Shown in pieces: positions 39,462-52,304 of a stretch of 64,000 bases of DNA; within the stretch, counting starts at the first letter, position 1; each line of letters opens with the position of its first letter. Below the pieces are notes generated by a model that was not told where the DNA came from, ran no database searches, and was given only the letters and a program-made list of their open reading frames with translations. The DNA comes from Dendrobates tinctorius. Taxonomy: Eukaryota. A program made the position numbers and the translations under genes. The stretch spans positions 3,410,001 through 3,474,000 of the forward strand of contig NW_027361899.1 in NCBI RefSeq assembly GCF_039654945.1. The letters run 5' to 3'.

Positions 39462-40529
39462 CTACAAAAGGAAAGGAATTGTCCATTAGTCACGGATCTC
39501 CAATGGTACTATAATGCAGTAATAGAAATTACAACAAAAGTCAAGAAACAGAGAAAGTGATTCCTGCAGTTCACAGAGAAGGTCTCTTGCCACCATCTCC
39601 ACCATCTGTCCAGTCTCCTATGGACATTTATCACATCTCCTGCTCCCTTTCATATCTCCAGTTATGAGACGTTTCTCCTGATCATTCCAAGGAAAAGTCT
39701 GCAGTCTTTCGTTTGTGTCTCTTGCTTCCAGGTTTCAGTCTCTTCTCTCTTGCCGTTCTTCAGGGCTCTCTATCTCATATCTCCTAGATACTTACCAATC
39801 TTCTGTCTCCTTGTATTCCCCAGTCGATCTCTGGTCTCCCTCATCGCCTACAACTTTTCATCTAACGCAGTGGTGGAGAACCTCAGGCCCCCGGGTCGTC
39901 ATTTACGGCCCTCGATGACCTTTTATCCGGCCCCCAGTGCTTTGGCAGGGAGCTGTATTTTGATTGCCACCAGCTCATTAATTTCTTCTTGCTTTGTGAG
40001 CGCATGTGCAGTGTTCACTACTGAACACTGAAGGTCATGCAATGAAAGATCACATCCTGACGCCAGTGCCAGAGTCGGGATGCATTTTGTGGACAGGATG
40101 CATTTTGTGGACAGAGTTTGTACGGCCCCCGAAGGATGGTATAAATATCCAAAAGGCCCTTGGCAGAAAAAAGATTCCCTAACCCTGATCTAACGTATCT
40201 GTCTCTAGTTTTGTTTAATCACTTTATAGTCTCCAAATTGTTCCTCCCTCTCATCCCTCGTTGTTCTCATTTCCTTTGTGTTTAGCCGATCAGTTTCCTG
40301 TTTTCTTCCTTAATTGGGTCGTCCAGGCATATAATCCTTAGGCCATAAAAATCAAATCAGCGGGGTCCAACATCTGACACCGCACAGCTCCAACGTGCAG
40401 GAGCCTCTGTTGAGTCACAGATCTGCTCCTGTTCTATTACACAGCATCTGATCTGCAGGTCTTAGCAGCGGCTGCTACACATCGCACCGCGCTGTGCTCT
40501 TCAGCTCTTTCCTGTTCCTGGCAGCTACC

Positions 40530-40995
40530 ATTTCTTAATTACATTTCAAACGGAGGAAAGGGCAACTTGAAAACGCTTTGCCATCTTCTTCTAGCCTTCT
40601 CCTGCTTTGTGGCCTCCACCATTTTCATTTTCAGAGTGCTCAGCAGCTGCTTAGAAGATCCCATGGCTGCTGTTTTGGCACAAGGTTGGCCTTTCCTAAC
40701 AATGATAGTGAAAAAGCCTTAACCCTAATAGGCTAATTAAGGTCTGAAACATTGGTCAGGGTTATCTGAGCACACAAATCTTCAAGGGTGCACAAACTTA
40801 TGCATCGGCCCATTTTCCTTTTTCTAATTTTGAAAATGTAAAAAATGTCAATATATATATTTTTTTGCCTAAAATACACAGGAAATGTGTCATCTGTAAG
40901 TTTAGCCCTATTAGATCATTTCATCCTCAACTTGCTTCACAGTTCACAATAAGAGTAATTGTGACCAGGGGTGCACAAACTTTTACATGCCACTG
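40530..40995 (-). mobile_element. Tc1 5' remnant from a related family
   Basis: Minus strand begins TA|cagtggcatgtaaaagtttgtgcacccc, has an inner direct repeat, then a decayed MGSSKQLLSTLKMKMVEA. Confidence 0.78.
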
Positions 40996-41360
40996 TACAT
41001 CCAACGGACAGCGTTAATATTAGCTAGTCAGTGGGTGTCCAAAGGATAAATCAAAGTTATATGCCAAACAACAACCCCATTATGGGCATCATATTTCACT
41101 GATCAGTTCCCAATATTCACCTGCCACACTTTCATTTCTCCTATCTCCTTCCTTCACTATCCATCCATCAGTCTCCGGGCTTCTTGCATCATCCACCACT
41201 CTACAGACTTCTTCATCCATCAGTATCCAGACTTCTCCCATTATTGACCACCCATCAGTCTCTAGACTTCTCCCACAACCCATCAGTCTCCACACTTCTA
41301 TCACCTATGAGTCTCCAGACTTCTCCTATCACCCATGAGTCTCCAGCCTTCTCCTATCAT

Positions 41361-42372
41361 AATAATAATAATAATAATAATAATCTTTATTTATATAGCG
41401 CCAACATATTCCGCAGCGCTTTACAGTTGAACAGTTTCAAACACAACAGTCATAAGTAACAACGTTAACAATACAATAATTAAAGCGAAATAAGACGACC
41501 CTGCTCGTGGAGCTTACAATCTACAATGAGGTGGGGGGGATACAAAGCACAGGTTTGTATTTACAATGATGTATTTACAATGACGGTCCAGCCATCTTCA
41601 GGGGGTGGGGGTTAGATGGAGATAGTGAATGGGCTACACACACAAACATGACTTTGATTACTGAATGTGATAGGCCGCTCTGAACAAATGTGTTTTGAGC
41701 GAGCACCTAAAACTATGCAAATTGTGGATGGTCCTAATATTTTGGGGTAGAGCATTCCAGAGGATTGGCGCAGCACGGGAGAAGTCTTGGAGTCGGGAGT
41801 GGGAGGTACGGATTAGGGCAGAGGTTAGTCGAAAGTCATTTGCAGAGCGCAGCGGTCGGTTAGGCCGATAGACAGAAATGAGGGAGGAGATGTAGGGGGT
41901 GCCGCACTGTGGAGAGCTTTGTGGGTGAGAACAAGTACTTTGAATTGTACCCTGTAATGAATTGGCAGCCAGTGTAACGACTGGCGAAGAGCGGACGCGT
42001 CTGAGAAACGATTAGCCAGATGGACAACCCTGGCTGCTGCATTAAGGATAGACTGGAGAGGGGAGAGTCGAGTGAGAGGGAGGCCAATTAATAGAGCATT
42101 ACAGTAGTCTAGGCGGGAGTGGATCAGGGCGACAGTGAGAGTTTTTGTTGTTTCCATGGTGAGAAAAGGGCGGATTCTAGAGATGTTCTTTAGGTGTAAG
42201 CGGCATGAGCGGGCAAGAGATTGTATATGGGAGGTGAAGGAGAGATAGGAGTCGAACATAACACCCAGACAGCGCACCTGCTGTCGGGGTGTTATTATGG
42301 TGCCACCCACAGAGAGGGAAATGTCAGATTTAGGGAGGTTAGTAGATGGTGGGAGCAGAAGAAGTTCAGTTT
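41361..42372 (-). mobile_element. 5'-truncated L2 (CR1/L2 group) LINE with an (ATT)n tail
   Basis: ORF2 C-terminal motifs KTELL...LGVMFDS.LSF..HI...SRLDYCNALL.GLP...LQ...NAAAR; 3' UTR ends tgtaaagcgctgcggaatatgttggcgctatataaataaag(att)n. Confidence 0.9.
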
Positions 42373-43082
42373 TCATCCATGAGTCTCCAGATTTGTCCTA
42401 TCACCCATCAATCTCCAGACTTCTCCTATCCCCTATGAGCCTCCAGACTTCTCCTATCATCCATGAGCCTCCAGACTTCTCCTATCATCCATGAGCCTCC
42501 AGACTTCTCCTATCATCCATGAGTCTCCAGACTTCTCCTATCATCCATGAGTCTCCAGACTTCTCCTATCATCCATGAGTCTCCAGACTTCTCCTATCAT
42601 CCATGAGTCTCCAGACTTCTCCTATCATCCATGAGTCTCCAGACTTCTCCTATCATCCATGAGTCTCCAGACCTCTCCTATCATCCATGAGTCTCCAGAC
42701 TTCTCCTATCATCCATGAGTCTCCAGACTTCTCCTATCCCGAGTCTCCAGACTTCTATCAACCATGAGTCTCCAGACTTCTCCTATCACCCATCAATCTC
42801 TAGACTTCTCCTATCCCCTATGAGCCTCAAGACTTCTCTTATCATCCTTGAGTCTCCAGACTTCTCCTATCATCCATGAGTCTCCAGACTTCTCCTATCA
42901 TCCATGAGTCTCCAGACTTCTCCTATCCCCTATGAGTCTCCAGACTTCTCCTATCATCCATGAGTCTCCAGACCTCCTATCCCCTATGAGTCTCCAGACT
43001 TCTCCTATCAACCATGAGTCTCCAGACTTCCCCTATCATCCATAAGTCTCCAGACTTCTCCTATCATCAATGAGTCTCCAGA

Positions 43083-43917
43083 CGTCACGTCAGCGGCGGT
43101 AGCCACCGCCGCCCCAGCAGCAGCGGGGCCTGCCGCCGCCTATACTCACCGGCGCTCGCCACCCCGCTCTGTGCCCGCTTCCTCCTTTTCCTCTGTCCGG
43201 CGCGTGCCTGCTTCCTGCGGGCGCCTTAGGCCGTGGGAGCGCACTTTCCAGGTCTCTTAACCCTGGAGCGCCCGCCCAGAACATGGTGGAGACGCCTGAT
43301 TATCGTGTGCCTTTCCTACGGTATCCTGGCCCAGTGTTTAGGGGTTTCCCCTTCTCACTCTCTGTCTCTGTCCTGTACTCCGTGTCTCCGTTCTGTACTC
43401 CAGTGCCCAGTCCTGTACTCCGTGTCTCCGTCCTGCACTCCAGTGCCCAGTCCTGTACTCCGTGTCTCCGTCCTGCACTCCAGTGCCCCGTCCTGTACTC
43501 CGTGTCTCCTTCCTGCACTCCAGTGCCCAGTCCTGTACTCCGTGTCTCCGTCCTGCACTCCAGTGCCAAGTCCTGTACTCCGTTTCTCCTTCCTGCACTC
43601 CAGGGCCCAGTCCTGTACTCCGTGTCTCCGTTCTGTACTCCAGTGCCCAGTTCTATACTCTGTGTTTCCGTCCTGCTCCCACTCTGTACTTCCTACCCCC
43701 TCTTCATTCCATGCTCAGTCCTGCACCCCTCAGTCAGTCTTTTGAGCCGCCCCTCTTGGGTCTAGCAGTCGCGGCATCTGTCTTCCGAGGGCCTGCCCCT
43801 AACGGCCCCTGTATAGGGGTCGGCACCACCTGGCGCGCTCGCCCCTGGGAGCTCCAGTGCCGCGATCCAGAGGGTCCACTCTCGGACGTAACCTACCCGT
43901 GGTCAGTATATGTCACA
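43083..43917. mobile_element. Probable solo LTR with an internal 40-bp tandem repeat (43370-43670)
   Basis: Clean insertion into a minisatellite unit with 4-bp TSD CAGA; termini cgtcacg...tgtcaca; GC-rich. Confidence 0.7.
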
Positions 43918-46368
43918 CAGACTTCTCCTATCATCCATGAGTCTCCAGATTTCTCCTATCATCCATGAGTCTCCAGACTTCTCCTATCACCTGTGAGTCT
44001 CCAGACTTCTCCTATCATCCATGAGTCTCCAGACTTCTCCTATCATCCATGAGTCTCCAGACTTCTCCTATCATCCATGAGTCTCCAGACTTCTCCTATC
44101 ATCCATGAGTCTCCAGACTTCTCCTATCATCCATGAGTCTCCAGACTTCTCCTATCATCCATGAGTCTCCAGACTTCTCCTATCATCCATGAGTCTCCAG
44201 ACTTCTCTCACCAAACAGTCTCAGAGCTTCTTCTACAGAGACTAAAACCCTTTGGTCTTCTACCTCCGTTCAGGTCTCCTGATCTCACCACCTCCTGTCA
44301 CTTTGCCTCTCTGTAACAGACTGAACTGGTTCCGCAATGTGAGATGACTTGCCGTATACCCGTGTGCCCACATTGCACAGAACACATAACTTCTACTGTG
44401 TCTTTCCCCCCGATCTCCATGGAGGCAGCAATGATGAGCAGCGTTTGCCTGTGTCCTACATTGTGCCGCACAATCATCCGCATCCTCGAGTTCTGCTAAC
44501 TGCTGAGCTTTTTGTCTACAAACCTGGAAAGTAAGATTTGCATCATTGTCTTACAAGGCTGACACTATAGACGTCAGACTCCTGGGATCACAAAATAATA
44601 CATCAAAAAGCTTCCACCAAATGTAAAACCTTCCTGCTACATAAGTAATAGACTCAAGCGAGGGGACAAAAGGACCAGTGATGAAATCTGGGACAATCAA
44701 TAGACAAGGAAGAAAGGAAAGCTCCAACCAACACTCCTCCCTGCAATCAATCTCCCAAAGCTTTCATTCTACAAATATATGAGAGCAGATTTCGGCAGCC
44801 GCGGCTGCACCCTGGCATTGCGCTGCCGTTCCAAGGCTTTTACAAGTAGCTGAGCGGAGGTTTGCATTGTCATCCGGGCCACTTAATAAACCGACCTGAG
44901 ACATTTGTCTTGAAGAACTCAATGAGGATTTAGAGAGCGGAATAAAAAGTGCATTAAATATTCATGACTAGACGAGAACTGCCAACAAGTCAGAGATCGG
45001 GGCTCCGCTCTGACAAGGTCACCGGCGCTGCTCTCGGATGATATCATTTCACAGAATGTCATCACGGCAGAAGGAGACTAAAGATCTGGATTATGGGCCG
45101 GGAGACGAAGCGGGCTCTTTTGTTCGTTTTTCTTTATTTTTAAGGGACTGGAACCTGCAGTGTTTTGATCACTTATTCTGTGTACTGCGGCATATAGCGT
45201 AAAAGAAGGTCTGGGCTTTACAAGAGTACCGAGATGTCAGCCGTGGGGGCTTTCAGCATCTAAATGGTTAAACACCAGCGATCAGAGCCAGCACTGGTCG
45301 CTGCTGTTAGAGGCAGATGGCGGCTCATGCAGACCCCAGAGTGGATGTACAGCTACGTCCACATGCACGGAGGGGGTAAACGAGGCTCTTCATGGCGCTG
45401 AGAGCATGGACATCCATCTATCTGGCTGGGTATGAGATTGTGCTGGGATTTCCCGCTGAGGGAGGGTCAGAGAGAGCGTCCACATTCATCGCCCGCACGC
45501 CACAGGCCATACAATAAGGCATTGTGCAGATGAGGGAACTCATTATTTATACACTATTATGTCACGAAGAGTTAAAGGAGTTTTCTGGGCTAAACGTAAG
45601 TGTCTGCAGGCTTTCATTCTGACTGCAGAGTGCTGGATCCTGACATTGTGCTCACGATTGGGATCCCCACTCGCAGGCTCCTCACACTACAAGTAATTTC
45701 CCCAGTTGTGACTTTGGGCAGAGGGGATGAGCCGGGCGTTCCAGGGTGACTACACTACATTGCTCCACCACCGCGCACCGATCCTGTGCGGTGACAGCGT
45801 GAGCCCCATTACTGACTGCGGAGAGCGCCGAGATGGCGATCCTGACAGTATGCATATAGCGCACCGTCAGAATGGCTCCCTGCAGGAAAGCCAGTTTAGC
45901 CAAGACAACCCCTGTAACATTGTGGGGTCCGCTGTTCAGAGCAGAGAGCGGAGAAGTAAAAAGCGTTTCCCCTGCGGACCGGTCCTGTCCTCCAGTACAC
46001 AGATATGAATGGGAACTGTGCAATGCTTCTCCTCTCCTGTGGTGGCACTGCAGAGAAATCGCACACAGGTTTGCTGCTGATCGCTGGGATCGATGAGGTG
46101 ATGCTTCTGATAAGTAGAGGTGCTGCATATCGGAGAGCCCCTCATGGGTTGCAAAGTTCAGTTTTCTTTATAAAAATGAAAAACCGAATATTCCGGGGAG
46201 CAGTGGGAATAAAACAACAGCAAAACTGGACAATGCTGACGTGGCGGCCGCGCCCCTTTAAATGTTAAGTGCGTTTCCAGAGTTCCGGAGGTTTGGCGAT
46301 TCCAGAGTGAACGTTGGAGCCGGATCTCCTGGATAAGAGATGTGGAGCGGAGATTAGCGGTGTCCTAC

Positions 46369-46508
46369 CTGCGGCCGCGGGTGCCCACTGATCAGACACT
46401 GCAGCACCAGCGTGTCGCCCTCCCGGATGGTGTACACCCGCTCGCTCAGGTTGTCTTCTTTCACCACACAGGCCTGACCGGCGTGAATGATCTGCGCCTG
46501 CGCCGGAG
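46369..46508 (-). CDS. MDGA1: MDGA1 coding exon 2 (start of Ig domain 1)
   Basis: Translates (A)PAQAQIIHAGQACVVKEDNLSERVYTIREGDTLVLQCLISGHPRPQ, which I recognise as vertebrate MDGA1. Acceptor ttcttgcAG, donor GTagga; 140 bp, phase 1 to 0. Confidence 0.95.
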
Positions 46509-46802
46509 CTGCAAGAAAACACGAGAGCGTTATCGGGCGTCCACGGAATACACGCGCGATCATCACAGGCATACGGGCGGGTCCTACGCATCACTCAGCC
46601 CACGTGGCGCTATTATTTACAGGACGTGTCAGACATACATTGATTTTGGTTATTTCTTATAACTTCACAACTGCAAATGCAATGACTCCGATTCCTACAA
46701 AACCCTAATTTTTGGGATTCTTAGTATCAGATAAGAGAACCTATAAGTAACTATCATTTCCATAAATAGAAAAATAAAAAGCATTGAACTATTATTCCAC
46801 AA

Positions 46803-46916
46803 AACAGCGCCACCCTGTCCACAGGTTGTGTGCGGTACTGCAGCTCAATTCTATTCATGTAAATGGATCTCAGCTGCGATACCAGGCACAACCTGTGCAC
46901 AAGGGTGGCGCTGTTC
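46803..46916. mobile_element. Palindromic MITE-like core
   Basis: aacagcgccaccc tgtccacaggttgtg ... cacaacctgtgcaca agggtggcgctgtt forms a ~55-bp imperfect stem. Confidence 0.65.
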
Positions 46917-47874
46917 CTGTAAAAATAAGCAGCCACGATTTTCTAACCCTGGACATCACTAGGTCTACTCAAAAGCAAGAAGCCACGCAGTGTGCTGCAG
47001 GTCGGACCCCGTGTAGGTTTATGGCAGAGACGACTGGTAATTAAGATTAACTATCCTCTCCATCAGGCGCCATTGATCTCCCAGGAAGAAAGGACATCGC
47101 TAAATAGAACGTTACTTCAAGTAACGATCAGGCGCTTCTGAGCTGATGTGGAACTCGCTCCTGTGATGTGGCGGTGAATGGGCTGCGGAGGGGCCGCGCC
47201 GCCATCGATCTGACAATACAATCTTTTCGATATCATAATGTGGAAATCGATGTCAGGACTCGGCTCCATCTCCGCCTCTTCTCCTCGTGGTGTCCAGTCC
47301 ATTAGTGAAGGTTCTCATGGAGAAGAGGACGGGTCCGGTGAACCGGGGAAGGGTCTACGTCCACCGTGACATGAGCCCGCGAGCATGGGGGCAGCGGGGG
47401 CAAAGTGCCCAAAACGGGCAGCAATGCACAGAGGGGTCTCGTCTCCCTATTGGGGGTCCTGTCTCCCCATAGATGAGGTAACATTATATGCAGAGCTCCC
47501 TCCCTACCGGGGAACAGACCCAAACACTGGCTGAATATCTGTGTGTGCACAAGGCTCTAGAAACGCAGATAGGAGGGGACACACCAGAGCCCCCCGGACC
47601 ACTCACTATAACTACATGTATTAATAAAGGGGTATTAAGAGACTGATTACTATGGCCCGGAGAACCAACAGGCAGGGATCCGCTAACTACCTGCCTGGCA
47701 GTGACCACAGAGCGGCGCTGATTGACGGCTAATTCCTACCTGCCTGACTGCACGGAGCTGGCTGTCAATGAGCAAATACCTGCCTGATAGTTCTCAGGCC
47801 CATAGTAATAAATAAGAAAGTCACAGAAAACCCATTTAAGTAAATTAGCTCCAACCAATAACTGACAGCAACCA

Positions 47875-50800
47875 TATACAGGGACTGCAGACAGGATCTT
47901 ATCATGTATCTCTGTATACAAGGAGCTCCCCCTAGTGGTGGCTGCAGGCAGGATCTTATCATGTATCTCTGTATACAGGGAGCTCCCCCTAGTGGTGACT
48001 GCAGACAGGATCTTATCATGTATCTCTGTATACAAGGAGCTCCCCCTAGTGGTGGCTGCAGGCAGGATCTTATCATGTATCTCTGTATACAGGGAGCTCC
48101 CCCTAGTGGTGACTGCAGACAGGATCTTATCATGTATCTCTGTATACAAGGAGCTCCCCCTAGTGGTGGCTGCAGGCAAGATCTTATCATGTATTTCTGT
48201 ATACAGGGTGCTCCCCCTTGTGGTGACTGCAGACAGGATCTTATCATGTATCTCTGTATACAAGGAGCTCCCCCTAGTGGTGGCTGCAGGCAGGATCTTA
48301 TCATGTATCTCTGTATACAGGGAGCTCCCCCTAGTGGTGACTGCAGACAGGATCTTATCATGTATCTCTGTATACAAGGAGCTCCCTGTAGTGGTGGCTG
48401 CAGACAGGATCTTATCATGTATCTCTGTATACAAGGAGCTCCCCCTAGTGGTGGCTGCAGGCAGGATCTTATCATGTATCTCTGTATACAGGGAGCTCCC
48501 CCTAGTGGTGGCTGTAGACAGGATCTTATCATGTATCTCTGTATACAGGGAGCTCCCCCTAGTGGTGGCTGCAGGCAGGATCTTATCATGTATCTCTGTA
48601 TACAGGGAGCTCCCCCTAGTGGTGACTGCAGACAGGATCTTATCATGTATCTCTGTATACAAGGAGCTCCCCCTAGTGGTGGCTGCAGGCAGGATCTTAT
48701 CATGTATCTCTGTATACAGGGAGCTCCCCCTAGTGGTGGCTGTAGACAGGATCTTATCATGTATCTCTGTATACAAGGAGCTCCCCCTAGTGGTGGCTGC
48801 AGACAGGATCTTATCATGTATCTCTGTATACAAGGCGCTCCCCCTAGTGGTGGCTGCAGGCAGGATCTTATCATGTATCTCTGTATACAGGGAGCTCCCT
48901 CTAGTGGTGGCTGCAGACAGGATCTTATTATGTATTTCTGTATACAGGGAGCTCCCCATAGTGGTGACTGCAGACAGAATCTTATCGTGTATCTCTGTAT
49001 ACAGGGAGCTCCCCCTAGTGGTGACTGCAGACAGAATCTTATCATGTATCTCTGTATACAGGGAGCTCCCCCTAGTGGTGGCTGCAGACATGATCTTATC
49101 ATGTATTTCTGTTTACAGGGAGCTCCCCATAGTGGTAGCTGCAGACAGAATCTTATCATGTATCTCTGTATACAGGGAGCTCCCCCTAGTGGTGACTACA
49201 GACAGAATCTTATGTATCTCTGTATACAGGGAGCTCCCCCTAGTGGTGACTGCAGACAGAATATTATGTGTCTCTGTGTACAGGTAGCTCCCCCTAGTGG
49301 TGGCTACAGACAGAATCTTATGTGTCTCTGTATACAGGGAGCTCCCCCTAGTGGTGGCTGCAGACAGGATCTTATCATGTATCGCTGTATACAGGGAGCT
49401 CCCCCTAGTGGTGGCTGTAGACAGGATCTTATCATGTATCTCTGAATACAGGGAGCTCCTCCTAGTGGTGGCTGCAGACAGAATCTTATCATGTATCTCT
49501 GTATACAGGGAACTCCCCCTAGTGGTGGCTGCAGACAGGATCTTATCATGTATCTCTGTATACAGGGAGCTCCCCCTAGTGGTGGCTGCAAACAGGGTCT
49601 TACCATGTATCTCTGTATACAGGGAGCTCCCCCTAGTGGTGTCTGCAGACAGGCTCTTATCATGTATCTCTGTATACAGGGAGCTCTCCCTAGTGGTGAC
49701 TGCAGACAGGATCTTATCATGTATCTCTGCATACAGGGAGCTCCCCCTAGTGGTGACTGCAAGGATCTTATCATGTATCTCTGTATACAGGGAGCTCTCC
49801 CTAGTGGTGACTGCAGACAGGATCTTATCATGTATCTTTTTATACAGGGAGCTCCCCCTAGTGGTGGCTGCAGACAGCTTCTTATCATGTATTTCTGTAT
49901 ACAGGGAGCTTCCCCTAGTGGTGGCTGCAGACAGAATCTTATGTATCTCTGTATACAGGGAGCTCCCCCCAGTGGTGGCTGCAGACAGCATCTTATTCAT
50001 GTATCTTTTTACACAGGGAGCTCCCCCCTAGTGGTGACTACAGACAGGATCTTATCATGTATCTCTGCATACAGGGATCTCCCCCTAGTGGTGGCTGCAG
50101 ACAGGATCTTATCATGTATCTCTGTATACAGGGAGCTCCCCCTAGTGGTGACTGCAGACAGGATCTTATCATGTATCTCTGTATACAGGGAGCTCCCCCT
50201 AGTGGTGACTGCAGACAGGATCTTATCATGTATCTTTTCATATAGGGAGCTCCCCCTAGTGGTGGCTTCAGACAGGATCTTATCATGTATCTTTGTATAC
50301 AGGGAGCTCCCCCTAATGGTGGCTGCAGCCAGTATCTTATCATGTATCTCTGTATACAGGGAGCTCCCCCTAGTGGTGGCTGCAGACAGGATGTTATCAT
50401 GCATCTCTGTATACAGGGAGCTCCCCCTAGTGGTGGCTGCAGACAGAATCTTATCATGTATCTCTGCATGCAGGGAGCTCCCTCTAGTGGTGGCTGCAGA
50501 CAGGATCTTATGATGTATTTCTGTATACAGGGAGCTCCCCATAGTGGTGACTGCAGACAGAATCTTATCGTGTATCTCTGTATACAGGGAGCTCACGCTA
50601 GTGGTGACTGCAGACAGAATCTTATCATGTATCTCTGTATACAGGGAGCTCCCCCTAGTGGTGGCTGCAGGCATGATCTTATCATGTATCTCTGTATACA
50701 AGGAGCTCCCCATAGTGGTGGCTGCAGACAGAATCTTATCATGTATCTCTGTATATAGGGAGCTCCCCCTAGTGGTGACTACAGACAGAATCTTATGCAT

Positions 50801-51335
50801 CTCTGTATACAGGGAGCTCCCCCTAGTGGTGACTGCAGACAGAATCTTATGTGTCTCTGTGTACAGGTAGCTCCCCCTAGTGGTGGCTACAGACAGAATC
50901 TTATGTGTCTCTGTTTACAGGGAGCTCCCCCTAGTGGTGGCTGCAGACAGGATCTTATCATGTATCGCTGTATACAGGGAGCTCCCCCTAATGGTGACTG
51001 CAGACAGAATCTTATGTGTCTCTGTGTACAGGGAGCTCCCCCTAGTGGTGGCTGCAGACAGAATCTTATGTGTCTCTGTGTACAGGGAGCTCCCCCTAGT
51101 GGTGGCTGCAGACAGAATCTTATGTGTCTCTGTATACAGGGAGCTCCCCCTAGTGGTGACTGCAAACAGTATCTTATCATGTATCTCTGTATACAGGGAG
51201 CTCCCCCTAGTGGTGGCTGCAGATAGGGTCTTACCATGTATCTCTGTATACAGGGAGCTCCCCCTAGTGGTGGCTGCAGACAGAATCTTATGTATCTCTG
51301 TATAGAGGGTCCTTCTCTTAGTATTGGCTGCAGAC
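47875..51335. repeat. 57-bp satellite, about 60 copies, each with a CTCF-like motif
   Basis: Unit cagggagctccccctagtggtggctgcagacaggatcttatcatgtatctctgtata; the minus strand contains CCACTAGGGGGAGCT. Confidence 0.95.
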
Positions 51336-52285
51336 AGACTATTATAATTTATTTCTGACTTTTAATGAATCACAGCTGCTAACAAGAGACTCTCAGATCA
51401 AGAACATAGAAGACATTTAAACAATACGGAGGATTTTCTCTAATAGATGCATAAATTAGACAATACCATGGGTCAAGTTACTGTTACATTAATTGTCTTG
51501 TATCTGAGGTTTGGAGCAAGGTAATTAATCAAATGAGATGACTTTAATGAGTAATTAATTAGATACATGGAGATGTTTAGTAAAGGGAAGGGTCGAGTCG
51601 TGTTTAGCCGCTTGTTTGCCATCATCTCCAGCGTTACTGACGGCTGATTATATGTTGTGTGGACTGAAGTAAGAAAACCAGCGACGTGTGAGAAATCTGC
51701 ACCGTAGAGAAATGTGGATTTCCTGCACTTTCACTTCATGTAGGGACAGGGGGAGATGAACTCTTGTAGTTCAGTGGATGTGCCATTGGTGAGCAGCGAG
51801 AAATATGCCATCGGAGTGTAGATTCGTCCTGCCGCTCGTCATATACTGACTCACAAAACATGTATATAATGACCACAGATGTAAAGAATAGGCACCCCCC
51901 ATTCACCAGCCCACCGACGGCCAGCGCAGGGTTTAGTCTCTGGTGGATCCTGATCAATTTATAAATCAGATCATTTACAGCTCGGAGGAAAATGGTACAA
52001 TGTAAACACAACACAATTCATTGTGGCAACAAAAGGCTCCAGGAAGGTTCAGGCTGTGATTGGGGTGAGTGCGGATCGGACTCTTATCCCACTCATGATC
52101 ATATACACCCAGTGGGCTCCGGCGTCCTCGAGCCCCACTATCTCTGACTCTCTATATCGCCTACATGAATTATGAGCTGGTTCTTCATCCCCAGGGTCAA
52201 GAAGCACTAAATCCATTGCTCAACACTGATAGAATGTGACTTCAAAAGAAAACAGCTAGAAAGCAGCATATTGCAGTTTTTACAC

Positions 52286-52304
52286 TGACCACTAGATGTC
52301 AGAA
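52286..52304 (+). promoter_or_regulatory. Candidate single CTCF motif
   Basis: tgaCCACTAGATGTCAGaa resembles the CCASYAGRKGGCRS core with one mismatch. Confidence 0.4.

Larger units (their letters stand above)
41140..44208. repeat. 28-bp minisatellite interrupted by an L2 fragment and a solo LTR
   Basis: Unit ctccagacttctcctatcatccatgagt. Confidence 0.92.

Noticed and set aside
11615-46508. Assignment to the paralogue MDGA2
   Set aside because: Motifs such as HAGQACVVKEDN, GVGVPAIKSIRVDVQ and SHNQDNGVDIYEPLYTQ match my recollection of MDGA1 better; reciprocal BLAST would confirm.
47736-51305. Long ORFs (up to 513 aa) on both strands
   Set aside because: By-product of a 57-bp (19-codon) unit with stop-free frames; open in several frames and strands, with no domain.
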